Assembly (NCBI GenBank): GCA_963704385.1
Contig: OY969904.1
Location: 4,908,825-4,972,824, forward strand
Length of the DNA stretch: 64,000 bases
Reading direction: 5' to 3'
DNA from: an uncultured Solirubrobacterales bacterium
Lineage (GTDB): Bacteria > Actinomycetota > Thermoleophilia > Solirubrobacterales > Solirubrobacteraceae
Shown: positions 40,428 through 49,594 of the stretch, piece by piece
How positions within the stretch are numbered: position 1 is the first letter of the stretch
How the letters are laid out: every line of letters begins with the position of its first letter
Translations under genes and position numbers: made by a program
The notes under the pieces: generated by a model
The model's input: only the letters and a program-made list of their open reading frames with translations
Database searches by the model: none
Told to the model about the DNA's origin: nothing

Positions 40428-40796
40428 TCCTGGCGGCCTCGCGCAGCCGCGTGGCCAAGATCTCGCCGGCAGCTCCATGAGGATGCGCTGCAGCACGTAC
40501 CAGAATCGTTTCTTGAGGTACATCGCGGAGCACCTCGCATGGCGCGCGTCCGCTCGTCGACCGGAGTGCCGCTCGGCGGCGAGGAACGTCAACCGCCATC
40601 GCTCCGCTGCAGACACCAGCCTAGCGCCGAATGCCGCCCTCGATTGCGCGGTCCGTAGGGGAGCCGAAGCCTTCCCACCGCACCGAACGCGAGCGCTACC
40701 AAACGCGTTGTGCTCCTGGCGAAATGGAGGACTATTGCCCTGGGCGGGTCGGAACCTGCTTTCAGTAGGTACGCAGTTCGGCCGGAATGGAGGTGG

Positions 40797-41564
40797 CTAA
40801 CGCTGGCGATCGGTTTCGCGTCGCAGGATCTGGGCGTGTAGCTCGCGGGCCTTGGGTCCTGGGGTGATGCCGAGCTCGTCGCTTAGCCGCTGGCGCAGTT
40901 GTTCGTAGAGGTGCACGGCTTCGGCTGGGTCGCCGCGAGCGTCCAGCACGCGCATGAGCAGTACGTACCCACGCTCTCGCAGCGGCGCTTCAAGGATCAG
41001 CTTGTGCGCTGCCGCCTCCGCGTCTGACAGCTCGGCACCGCCAATGCCCAGTCCTACCGTCGTCCAGCAATCCAGTGCGCGCAACCGTATGTCGTCAAGG
41101 TGGCGCCTGGCCTCATCGATCCAGCTTGCCTCCATCCCGGTTAGAAAGCGTCGTCGGGAGACATTAAGCGCGATGTGGGACGGCGCCCAGCCCTCTTTCC
41201 AATCCTCTCGTTGGACGGCAGATTCGGCCCTGTGAATCGCGGCCTCCGCCGCCTCGAGGTCGATCCACGCCCCGGCCGGCAGGGCTAGCTGTAAGGCGCC
41301 CCTTCCCTGTAGGACCTCATTCCCGAGCGCCTTCCGCAGACGGGACACGACTACGCGAAGATCGTGGTCGGCGCCTGGTGGCGCGCGGTCGGGCCACAGC
41401 GCCTCGATGCATTCATCGCGGTCGACGCTGCGACGACGATTGAGAGCCAGATACCCGAACAGCAGGCGGCCCTGCCGTCCGGGCAGCGCATCCTCGCAGC
41501 GCTCTCCAACCAGCTCGACGACCAGTTTTCCGCACAGCTGGATCCTCGTAGGTTCGGACTGCAA
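40797..41564 (-). CDS. SARP/AfsR-type activator (wHTH + BTAD only)
   Basis: GRQGRLLFGYLAL, LRVVVSRLRKALG, PLRERGYVLLMR, LSDELGITPG; TTG start inferred. Confidence 0.88.
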   Translation of the reverse strand: MQSEPTRIQLCGKLVVELVGERCEDALPGRQGRLLFGYLALNRRRSVDRDECIEALWPDRAPPGADHDLRVVVSRLRKALGNEVLQGRGALQLALPAGAWIDLEAAEAAIHRAESAVQREDWKEGWAPSHIALNVSRRRFLTGMEASWIDEARRHLDDIRLRALDCWTTVGLGIGGAELSDAEAAAHKLILEAPLRERGYVLLMRVLDARGDPAEAVHLYEQLRQRLSDELGITPGPKARELHAQILRRETDRQR

Positions 41565-41602
41565 CGTTTCTGCAACCTCGCGACAACAGCCCAGTTCACA
41601 AT
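41559..41602 (+). promoter_or_regulatory. Three heptamer direct repeats at 11-bp period plus -10 CACAAT
   Basis: CTGCAAC 41559, CTGCAAC 41570, CGACAAC 41581; CACAAT 41597-41602. Confidence 0.65.
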
Positions 41603-41630
41603 GTGCGCCACCAATAGGAGAGGAGCAATT

Positions 41631-41789
41631 ATGGCGAAGCTGATCAACTGCGAATGCGGTTACGTGGTGCGGGGGGAAACAGACGAGGAGCTCGTCCAAA
41701 ACGCCGAGCGCCACATCGGAGAGACCCACCCTGACATGGTCGGAAAGGTCACTCGCGAGGATTTGCTCTCGATGGCCGAAGACGAGTAG
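41631..41789 (+). CDS. DUF1059-like small metal-binding protein
   Basis: 52 aa, CECG..VRGETDEELV...H...H; GAGGAG SD. Confidence 0.85.
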   Translation: MAKLINCECGYVVRGETDEELVQNAERHIGETHPDMVGKVTREDLLSMAEDE

Positions 41790-41857
41790 CACCGAGCGGA
41801 TCTCGTAATCATCTGGGGAAGGGTCCACCGCGGCGTGCGTCCGACGCACCACTGCGG

Positions 41858-41898
41858 GCGAGCTCTGTCGCCCACGGGAGCGAGCTCTGTCGCCCACG
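41858..41898. repeat. 19-bp perfect direct repeat, 22-bp period
   Basis: GCGAGCTCTGTCGCCCACG at 41858 and 41880. Confidence 0.9.
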
Positions 41899-42027
41899 CC
41901 CTGGCCCGCTTTTGCCGCGCAGCGCTAATTCGAGCCCCCCGCACCCGAGTGCCCCAAAGCGCGGATAGGGCGCCTCAGCGGCCGCCGGGAGCTCGTTCGG
42001 CACAGCGACGCCGGCGGCGGTCGCGCT

Positions 42028-42201
42028 TGCCGCGCAACTCAGGTGCGCAGTTCGGAGGGTCGCCACTACCGCGGCCAAACGAAACGAGGTCTCTTGCGTA
42101 GCCAAGCTTCCGCATCGTCCCGAGGCGTCAGAAGCCTGCCTTCGGGGTCGGCGCGCTCTCGCGTCTCGTCGAACTGAGGAGCCTCTCTCAGGAGCCCGAG
42201 C
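42028..42201 (+). repeat. 174-bp inverted repeat, left copy
   Basis: Reverse complement of 45951-46124 with 4 mismatches by manual alignment. Confidence 0.92.
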
Positions 42202-42466
42202 ACTGCCGCTCTGGCCGGGAGCGGCGGTGGTGGGACGGAACTCGGCGGCTCCCCAGCCGCCTCAATGCAGGTCTGTGGACGAGACTCCCGGATTGCAGAC
42301 CGAGCAGGCGCGAGGCCGGATCTGCGGGCGGCCGACAGGGGCCTTCGTCGGGAGCCGTCTGTGGCTCGGGTCACGTCGAACGTCTACGAACGTGACCGGA
42401 TACGGGGCTCAGTTGTCTTCAGGCTTCTTTGGCAGATCGCGGCTGAAGCTGTGCGGGTGTCGGTGC

Positions 42467-43189
42467 TCAGCGCCAGCAGTCGTCGTCGCAGCCGGGCTGT
42501 TGTTGGTTGGTGATGGGTGGCGCGGTGCAGCAGCCTTTGTCTTGCCAGGTTTGGCGGCCTTCGTTGATGGCGAGGGTGGCGATGGCCAGCGCGACGGCGG
42601 GATCGGCCCACCACAGGCCGAAGGCGGCGTTGAGCGCGAGGCTGACGAGCACTTCCGCGGCGAGGTAGGCGCAGAGTAGGTTCTGCGTGCCTTCGCCGGC
42701 GGTCGCGCCGGATCCCAGCCGCTGGCCGATGCGGTGCTTCGCGTTGCCGAGCTGGGGCATGACGATGATGCTCGAGACCGACAGTCCGATCCCGAGCCAG
42801 CTCGTGTGGGGGTGCTCGCCGGCGATCAGGGCGCGGATCGCGTGTTGCGCTATGTAGGGGGCTAGTAGGAAGAAGCTGATCGCGACGAGGCGTTCGGCGC
42901 GTCGTTCGGCGTCAGGGGATAGCCGACGCGAGCCGGTGAAGCGCCAGATGACGATCACCGATGCGAGCGCTTCGATCGCGGAGTCCAGGCCGAAGCCGAG
43001 CAGCGCGACCGAGCCGGCGAGGAGCGCGGCGGTGACCGCGAGCGCGCCCTCGGCGGTCATGTAGGCCAGCGATAGCCAGGACAGCGTTTTGGCGCGGCGG
43101 ATCAGCCGGTCGCGCTCGCGGGGATCCAGGCGCTGCTGGGCGACCTGAGCGGTGCGGGCGATCGGCAGCTCGAGCGGGGTGGTGCTCAT
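42467..43189 (-). CDS. Cation transporter (CDF-like TM domain, Cys-rich tail)
   Basis: GSVALLGFGLDSAIE, AERLVAISFF, WWADPAVAL; tail CC...CDDDC. Confidence 0.85.
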   Translation of the reverse strand: MSTTPLELPIARTAQVAQQRLDPRERDRLIRRAKTLSWLSLAYMTAEGALAVTAALLAGSVALLGFGLDSAIEALASVIVIWRFTGSRRLSPDAERRAERLVAISFFLLAPYIAQHAIRALIAGEHPHTSWLGIGLSVSSIIVMPQLGNAKHRIGQRLGSGATAGEGTQNLLCAYLAAEVLVSLALNAAFGLWWADPAVALAIATLAINEGRQTWQDKGCCTAPPITNQQQPGCDDDCWR

Positions 43190-43539
43190 CGGGTGGCTGG
43201 CATCGGTGTGAGATAGCTGTCGAGCAGCCGTGTGCCGAGCTCGGTGAGCGCGTAGAAGACGATCTTGTGCTCGCGCCGCGAGCTAGCCAGGCCAGCGGCG
43301 CGCAGGGTCCGCAGGTGGTGACCGACGAGGTTCTCGGGCCGGCCGGTGATCCAGGCCAGGTCACAGACGCACAGCTCCCCGCCTTCGCGTAGCGCCACGG
43401 CGATCGTCACTCGCGTGGGGTCACCCAGCGCCTTGCCTCGGGCGGCCGCGTCGGCGATCGCCGCCTCGTTGAGATGCTGGCGGATGTCCTCGGCGCGCGT
43501 CAGGTCGAGGCAGAGCAGATCGCAGCGGTCGTCGGGCAC
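43186..43539 (-). CDS. ArsR/SmtB metal-sensing repressor (CadC/CmtR-like)
   Basis: CDLLC, KALGDPTR, ELCVCDLAW, HHLRTLRAAGLA. Confidence 0.92.
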   Translation of the reverse strand: MPDDRCDLLCLDLTRAEDIRQHLNEAAIADAAARGKALGDPTRVTIAVALREGGELCVCDLAWITGRPENLVGHHLRTLRAAGLASSRREHKIVFYALTELGTRLLDSYLTPMPATR

Positions 43540-43640
43540 GATCTCATCCTAACGCGTGTTGTGTTGACAGGCGGGAGCCGCGGCGCTGATCGAGCCGCGG
43601 CCGACGCCACGGCTGGTCGGAAACCAGCGGTTTCGCCGCC

Positions 43641-43669
43641 TTGACAAGAATTATTAGGCATGCCATATT
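43641..43669 (+). promoter_or_regulatory. Promoter TTGACA-N17-CATATT with imperfect palindrome ATTAGGCA/TGCCATAT (candidate DtxR/MntR operator)
   Basis: Direct reading; -10 ends 9 nt before ATG 43679. Confidence 0.65.
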
Positions 43670-43678
43670 GTTGTGCGT

Positions 43679-44362
43679 ATGCCTGCGCAACAATTTCTTT
43701 CGCCATCGGTGCAAGACTATGCGAAGGCGGTGTACGCGCTTGAGACTCGCGGCGGCGCGGCGGTTTCGACGAACGATCTCGCTGCGCGGCTCGGGGTGAC
43801 GCCCGCTTCGGTGTCGGGCATGGTGCATAAGCTGACCGAGGTCGGGATCGTCGAGCACGAGCCATATCACGGTGTGCGCTTGACCCACGAGGGTCGGCGA
43901 GTGGCTTTGGAGGTGCTGCGCCATCACCGCCTGCTGGAACTGTTCCTCGCTCAGGAGCTCGGGATGTCCTGGGATCGCGTGCATGCCGAGGCCGAGGTGC
44001 TCGAGCACGTGCTCTCCGAGGAGCTCGAGGAGCTGATCGCCGCGCGGCTGGGCGACCCGGCGGTCGACCCGCACGGAGATCCGATCCCCACGCCCCTGTT
44101 CGAGATCGACGAGCGCCCGACATTCAGCCTGAACGAACTACCGGTCGGTGCCGCCGGACGCTTCGTACGCGTGTCTGACTCGGACCCGGAGATGCTGCGC
44201 TACCTCGCTGAGCATGGCATCACGCTCGACGCTCGGCTCGAGGTTGTGGATCGCCAGCCGTTCGGTGGGCCGGTGTTCGTACGGTTCGGCGAGCGCGAGC
44301 GTCCGATCGGCGGCGAGCTGGCACGCGCGATGAGGATCGAGACCGACAAAGACGCGCGGTGA
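43679..44362 (+). CDS. mntR: DtxR/MntR metal-dependent regulator with FeoA domain
   Basis: QDYAKAVY, RHHRLLELFL, EAEVLEH, DPHGDPIP. Confidence 0.9.
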   Translation: MPAQQFLSPSVQDYAKAVYALETRGGAAVSTNDLAARLGVTPASVSGMVHKLTEVGIVEHEPYHGVRLTHEGRRVALEVLRHHRLLELFLAQELGMSWDRVHAEAEVLEHVLSEELEELIAARLGDPAVDPHGDPIPTPLFEIDERPTFSLNELPVGAAGRFVRVSDSDPEMLRYLAEHGITLDARLEVVDRQPFGGPVFVRFGERERPIGGELARAMRIETDKDAR

Positions 44363-45684
44363 CCCCGCCGCCCGGCCCACCGGTTCCAGCGCTCGAGGGC
44401 GCCGGCGCCAACAGAAGCCTGCCGTTGAGCGAGCCGCTCGAGGCCAGCGCGCTGGAGCGCCTCCTATCGCGCGGGAAGGTACGCGCGACGCTGTTCATGC
44501 TCGGCCCCGCGTTCGTCGCGTCGATCGCCTACGTCGACCCGGGGAACTTCGCAACCAACGTGGCGGGCGGCGCGCAGTTCGGCTACATACTGCTGTGGGT
44601 GGTACTGGCGGCCAACCTGGTCGCGATGGTGATCCAGTACCTGTCAGCCAAGCTCGGGATCGTCACTGACCGCAACTATCCCGAGGTCGTGCGCGACAAA
44701 TACCGCCGCGCGTTCAGCTTTGGCATGTGGGTGCAGGCCGAGATCATGGCGATGTCGACCGACATCGCCGAGTTCCTCGGCGCCGCGATCGGGCTAAACC
44801 TGCTGTTCGGCGTGCCGCTGTTCATCGCCGGGCTGATGACCGGCGTGATCGCGTTCGCGATCCTCGCGCTACAGGCGCTGGGCTTCCGAAAGTTCGAGCT
44901 GGCGATCAGCGGGCTGCTGGGCATCATCTTCGCCGGCTTTCTGTATGAGACGCTAAGGATCGGACCGTCCGTGCACGAGTCGCTGCACGGGCTGATCCCC
45001 GGCCTACAGGGCGGCACCACGGAGCTCTACCTCGCGGTCGGGATCGTCGGCGCGACCGTGATGCCGCACGTGATCTACCTGCACTCGGCGCTGACCAAGG
45101 GCCGGATGCCGACCCGCAACGACGGCGAGAAAAAGCGCGTGCTGCGCTTTGAGCGACTCGACGTGTACATCGCGCTCGGGCTTGCCGGGCTGGTCAACAT
45201 GTCGATGCTCGCCGTCGCCGCCAAGCTCTTTCACACCCCTGCGCTCTCAGGCCTGAGCACGATCGGGCAGGCCCACTTTCAGCTCGGGCGCCTGGTCGGC
45301 GGCACCGCCGCGATCGCTTTCGCGGTCGCGCTGCTGGCGTCCGGGGCCTCGTCTTCCAGCGTGGGCACCTACGCCGGCCAGGTCGTGATGGGCGGCTTCA
45401 TCAACCGCAAGATTCCCCTGTTCCTACGCCGGGGGCTGACGATGATCCCCGCGCTTGTGGTCATCGCCGTCGGCACGAACCCGACCAGCGCGCTCGTGCT
45501 CAGTCAGGTCGTGCTGTCGTTCGGCATCCCGCTCGCGCTCATACCGCTGGTGATGCTCACCAGCCGCCGCGACATCATGGGCGTCCACGTCAACGGGCGC
45601 ATCCTCAAGATCTCCGGCTGGACGATCGCTGCGGCCATCAGCGCAATGAACATCTTCCTGATCTACCAGCAGTTCTTCTCATGA
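44359..45684 (+). CDS. mntH: Nramp divalent metal transporter
   Basis: AYVDPGNFATN, GATVMPHVIYLHS, SQVVLSFGIP. Confidence 0.95.
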   Translation: MTPPPGPPVPALEGAGANRSLPLSEPLEASALERLLSRGKVRATLFMLGPAFVASIAYVDPGNFATNVAGGAQFGYILLWVVLAANLVAMVIQYLSAKLGIVTDRNYPEVVRDKYRRAFSFGMWVQAEIMAMSTDIAEFLGAAIGLNLLFGVPLFIAGLMTGVIAFAILALQALGFRKFELAISGLLGIIFAGFLYETLRIGPSVHESLHGLIPGLQGGTTELYLAVGIVGATVMPHVIYLHSALTKGRMPTRNDGEKKRVLRFERLDVYIALGLAGLVNMSMLAVAAKLFHTPALSGLSTIGQAHFQLGRLVGGTAAIAFAVALLASGASSSSVGTYAGQVVMGGFINRKIPLFLRRGLTMIPALVVIAVGTNPTSALVLSQVVLSFGIPLALIPLVMLTSRRDIMGVHVNGRILKISGWTIAAAISAMNIFLIYQQFFS

Positions 45685-45950
45685 GCTGAGCACCACGACC
45701 AGACGCACGCAATCCACGGCGGATCGCGGCCAGACCGCAAAACGCCCGCGATGCCAAACGGCCGGAGGCCAGAGCGCGGGTCGTGCGTAAGCGTGACTGG
45801 ATCGTCGGCAAGCCGTCCAGGCACAGCCGGGCGTCCGGATGCTTGAAGTCGACCAGGAGGGCCAGTCTCCGGTCGAACATCCGCCGCTAGGACCCCGACA
45901 CGACGCTCGACGAGCCCGATATTGCTGCTTCGACTCGACGGAGCGGCTTT

Positions 45951-46124
45951 GCTCGGGATCCTGAGCGAGGCTCCTCAGTTGGACGAGACGCGAGAGCGCG
46001 CCGACCCCGAAGCCAGGCTTCTGACGCCTCGGGACGATGCGGAAGCTTGGCTACGCAAGAGACCTCGTTTCGTTTGGCCGCGGTAGTGGCGACCCTCCGA
46101 ACTGCGCACCTGAGTTGCGCGGCA
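45951..46124 (-). repeat. 174-bp inverted repeat, right copy
   Basis: Reverse complement of 42028-42201. Confidence 0.92.
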
Positions 46125-46253
46125 GGCAAGGCGCGCGGCGCCGGCCGGTGGCAGCCTCAGCGTGGTCCGTCGCGCTCGTGGCGACATGCGAGACGGACGT
46201 CGTCTGCGGTGTCGAGACGTGCATTCGTGTCGGCGCGTGTACGGGGGATCCTC

Positions 46254-46282
46254 GTGACTTCCTCTGGTCCAGGAGGAGTCAC
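46254..46282. repeat. Imperfect inverted repeat (hairpin or operator)
   Basis: GTGACTTCCTCTGG / CCAGGAGGAGTCAC. Confidence 0.6.
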
Positions 46283-46575
46283 ATCGGCGTGCCGGTCGAC
46301 GTGACTGGGTTCATAAGGGCTTCGACCGAGCGGCCGGCGCGACGCTGTTGAGATTCGTACGTAGCCCTCACGAGATCAGCGAGGCTGCTGGCGGTCGTCA
46401 CCGAGGGGAAGCAGCGAACGCGCTCCTGACATTTGCGATTTGCGAACACTCGCGCGGCCCCAGAGGCCGACCTGCGTTCGGGTTAGCGCGGGCATGCCTT
46501 GCGATCGTGTTCGCGTGATTCAGTGTCGCCTTTCCGGACGGGTTCGGTGACTGCACGCTGGGGCGTCGGGTGCGT

Positions 46576-47634
46576 TCAGGTGTCCTGCCGCGGCGGCAGC
46601 GATGGTAGGCGCGCCGCGAGCCGCCATCCGCCGGTTGGGGTCGGCCGGGCGTCCAGCGTCCCCCGGAGCTCCACGATCCGCTCTCGCAGCCCGGCGAGGC
46701 CGAAGCGTCCGCCGGCGTTCGCCAATCGAGCGGCCGTAGCGGTGGGCGCGGTGTTCTCGACGCTAACGGATAGCGCCGCGCTGGTGACCTCCACCTCGAC
46801 CCGGATTGACGAGCCGGGAGCGTGCTTGAGCGCGTTGGCGATCCCCTCCTGCGTCACCCGGTGGGCGACCTCCGCGAGCTCCGTCGCAACCTGGTCCCGG
46901 CTACCGGCGAACGAGTAGGTGATCGAGAGCCCGCTCCTGGCGGCTCCGCGAAGCAGCGCATCGAGGCGGCGAAGCCCCTCGTCGGCGCCCCCGTCGCGTG
47001 CGTCCTGACCGAGCAGGCCGACGAGCTGATTGATCTCCTCCCTGGCTGATTGGGCGCCGGCCTCGATGTGCCGCAGCGACTCCGACAGGACCTCAGGGCG
47101 CTCGGGCGAGCCGCGGCGACCGGCCCCCGCCTGGACGACGATCAGGCTGAGATTGTGCGCCACGATGTCGTGCAGATCGCGCGCGATCCGTGCTCGTTCG
47201 TAGCGAACGGCCTCGCGTGCGAACCCCTCGCGCTCGCGCTCGAGCTGGCCCGCCCGCTCCGCGAGCTGAGCGGACAGGTGGCTGCGCGAACGCATCACTT
47301 GCCCCATGGCCCACGCCGGTACGGTGAACACCCACATCGAGACGACCGAGCCCGAAAGGTCACCGGCAGTCGACCCGAACGCGAGCGCGACGAGTGCCAC
47401 GACCGTCGCCGGAAAGCCGACTCGCCAGCCGACGAGGAAGCTCAGGACCACCGGGATCACTGTTAGCGGGTCAAGGAGGGTCTCGGTCCACCAGCGAGCA
47501 CCGAGGACGACCCCCGGAACGAACAGTGCAGCGGAGACGGCGATGGCGACCGCCGCCAGGTGACGGTCGAGCCATCGTCGGCCACGCGTGATCAGGCTGG
47601 CGTCCGACGTGCGCGCGATAAGCGGCTCACGCAT
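46576..47634 (-). CDS. Membrane sensor histidine kinase (HisKA_3)
   Basis: RIARDLHDIVAH (His intact), QEGIANALKHA, GLAGLRER. Confidence 0.92.
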   Translation of the reverse strand: MREPLIARTSDASLITRGRRWLDRHLAAVAIAVSAALFVPGVVLGARWWTETLLDPLTVIPVVLSFLVGWRVGFPATVVALVALAFGSTAGDLSGSVVSMWVFTVPAWAMGQVMRSRSHLSAQLAERAGQLEREREGFAREAVRYERARIARDLHDIVAHNLSLIVVQAGAGRRGSPERPEVLSESLRHIEAGAQSAREEINQLVGLLGQDARDGGADEGLRRLDALLRGAARSGLSITYSFAGSRDQVATELAEVAHRVTQEGIANALKHAPGSSIRVEVEVTSAALSVSVENTAPTATAARLANAGGRFGLAGLRERIVELRGTLDARPTPTGGWRLAARLPSLPPRQDT

Positions 47635-48802
47635 GCACGGTTACCAGCGGCAACCGCACGTCTGTTGTGGCGACGCCGGACCGGACGTCCGACTCGAGCC
47701 GCCCGGCGTGCAACGACACCCACTCTCTGGCTGCTGCGATCGGTGTCTGGACGTCTGCCTCGGACCGCACCCTTCCGCGGACGAGTACGCCGAACTCCTC
47801 GGGCGCGTAGTGGAGCGCCACCGAGATGCGTGCGTCAGGCATTCCCTCGAGCGGCTCCAGCAACCGCTCGATAATCCGAAACGCCGACAGCTCCACCCCC
47901 GCCGGCAACCGTGATCGTTCGCCCTGGACGGTGAGCACTGCGCGCCCGCGGCCCAAGCGCACCATCAGCGCGTCGAGGTCAACGAGCGACGGCAGGGGGC
48001 CGAGCGGTTGCTCGTCACGCAGCGTTCCGACGATCTCGCGCATCTCGCTCAGTGTCCGACGCCCCTCGGTCTCGATCGCCGCCAGCGACGCGCGCGCCGC
48101 GCCAGGCTCCGCACCGACCATTTCCTGTGCAGCGGCTGCGTCGGACGCAAGCCGGCCGATCCGCTTGCCGATCGCAGCGTCGAGGTTCCGGGCGACCCGT
48201 GCCCGGTCGGCAGCGACAGCCAACCGCGCCGTGCGGTCACGCTGCTCGCGCAACTCGTCGTTGCGAGCCTGCAGGACGTTGGCCATCGCCTGTCGCCCGC
48301 GGACCACCCGGCCCGCACCCCAGAAGAGCGCCGTCAGCACGCAGGCGCCGAGCGTAAACCCTTTCAGCTGCGGATCGCTCTGAGCCTGCGCGATCGCAGA
48401 CACCAGCCCTAATCCCGCCCCGAGTAATGCGGGCCGCAGCTCACACCCGTCGGCGACCGAGAACAGGCACAGGAACAGTGCCGGCAGCGCAGCGCCGCAG
48501 CGCACGTATGAGCCGACCACCAGCCAGTTGAATACCGCCCCTGCCGCGAGCGCCGTGATCGCCGCAAGCGGCGCGGATCGCCGCCACGCGACTGGTAGCG
48601 TCATCGATAGCGCAGCCGCGCACACCCACACCCCGCCTTGCGGGTTCGTGCTGACGAGCGCGCCGCTCGCAGCGAGTACGACGCCGACGCTCAGCATGAG
48701 GGCTAGCAAGCCGTTCAGCCGGGTTACCCCCGAGACGCTCGACGGCCCTGACCACCAATGCGCAACCCGGCTCAGCATTTGCAAGCCCCTTTCGCGTGAC
48801 AT
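47627..48802 (-). CDS. Degenerate HisKA_3-like sensor (pseudokinase)
   Basis: Same architecture, but H-box reads RVARNLDAAIG and N/G boxes are lost; start at ATG 48802 inferred. Confidence 0.75.
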   Translation of the reverse strand: MSRERGLQMLSRVAHWWSGPSSVSGVTRLNGLLALMLSVGVVLAASGALVSTNPQGGVWVCAAALSMTLPVAWRRSAPLAAITALAAGAVFNWLVVGSYVRCGAALPALFLCLFSVADGCELRPALLGAGLGLVSAIAQAQSDPQLKGFTLGACVLTALFWGAGRVVRGRQAMANVLQARNDELREQRDRTARLAVAADRARVARNLDAAIGKRIGRLASDAAAAQEMVGAEPGAARASLAAIETEGRRTLSEMREIVGTLRDEQPLGPLPSLVDLDALMVRLGRGRAVLTVQGERSRLPAGVELSAFRIIERLLEPLEGMPDARISVALHYAPEEFGVLVRGRVRSEADVQTPIAAAREWVSLHAGRLESDVRSGVATTDVRLPLVTVHA

Positions 48803-48837
48803 TCTCCAGCGTGCCGGGTGAATCGACAAGCTGCACG

Positions 48838-49527
48838 ATGGATTCTGGAACGCAGACAGCAAAGGAGATCAGGGTGCTGGTCGCCGACGACCAGCACCTC
48901 GTCCGCGCCGGCTTCAGGATGATCATCGAAGGCGAGCCCGACATGCTCGTTGTCGGCGAGGCAGGGGATGGGCTGGAAGCGCTCGATCTTGCCCGCAAGC
49001 GCGCCCCCGACGTCGTGCTGCTTGACATCAGGATGCCTGCCATGGACGGCCTCACAGCAGCGCGGCGGATCATCGCCGAGACCGATAGCCGGGTGCTGCT
49101 GCTGACGACATTTGACGCCGACGAGTACGTCTTCGAAGGGCTGCGGGCCGGCGCCAGCGGCTTTTTGCTGAAGGACACCCCGCCCGAGCAACTGTGCTGG
49201 GCGGTGCGCACAATCGCCCGGGGCAATGCCCTTATCGATCCGGCCGTCACCCACCGCCTGATCCTTCGATTCGCAGCCGCCGCTCGTAACACGGGTGATA
49301 CGCCGCGCGAGCTCGCGGAACTGACGCCGCGGGAGCTCGACGTCCTGCGGTTGATCGCCCGCGGCCGTTCCAACGCAGAGATCGCGAGCGACCTGGTGGT
49401 CGAGGAGTCGACCGTCAAGAGCCACGTCGGCCGGATCTTGACGAAGCTCGGTCTGCGCGACCGCGTGCAGGCGGTCGTGCTCGCCTACGAGTGCGGGCTT
49501 GTGACGCCGGATCTGCTCGCTCACTAG
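48838..49527 (+). CDS. NarL/LuxR family response regulator
   Basis: VADDQ, LLDIRMPAMDG, LTTFD, LTPRELDVL, TVKSHV. Confidence 0.95.
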   Translation: MDSGTQTAKEIRVLVADDQHLVRAGFRMIIEGEPDMLVVGEAGDGLEALDLARKRAPDVVLLDIRMPAMDGLTAARRIIAETDSRVLLLTTFDADEYVFEGLRAGASGFLLKDTPPEQLCWAVRTIARGNALIDPAVTHRLILRFAAAARNTGDTPRELAELTPRELDVLRLIARGRSNAEIASDLVVEESTVKSHVGRILTKLGLRDRVQAVVLAYECGLVTPDLLAH

Positions 49528-49594
49528 CCGGCCCTTTCCCACGCACCTCACTTCAGGCCACCCACACGCCGTCGGGATACTCACGCGAGGCACC

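Noticed and set aside
40430-40520. Protein-like fragment MYLKKRFWYVLQRILMEL on the minus strand
   Set aside because: No family recognised and no SD; cannot be called.
42077-42190. Hammerhead-ribozyme-like strings in the 174-bp repeat (GAAACGAG...CTCGTC, CTGAGGAG)
   Set aside because: Stem III plus GUC can be drawn, but only 3 nt are available for stem I and stem II does not pair; CTGAG is sequestered in a local hairpin.
46047-46124. ORF MATQETSFRLAAVVATLRTAHLSC in both repeat copies
   Set aside because: No SD; the frames diverge immediately outside the repeat; identity is explained by the DNA repeat.
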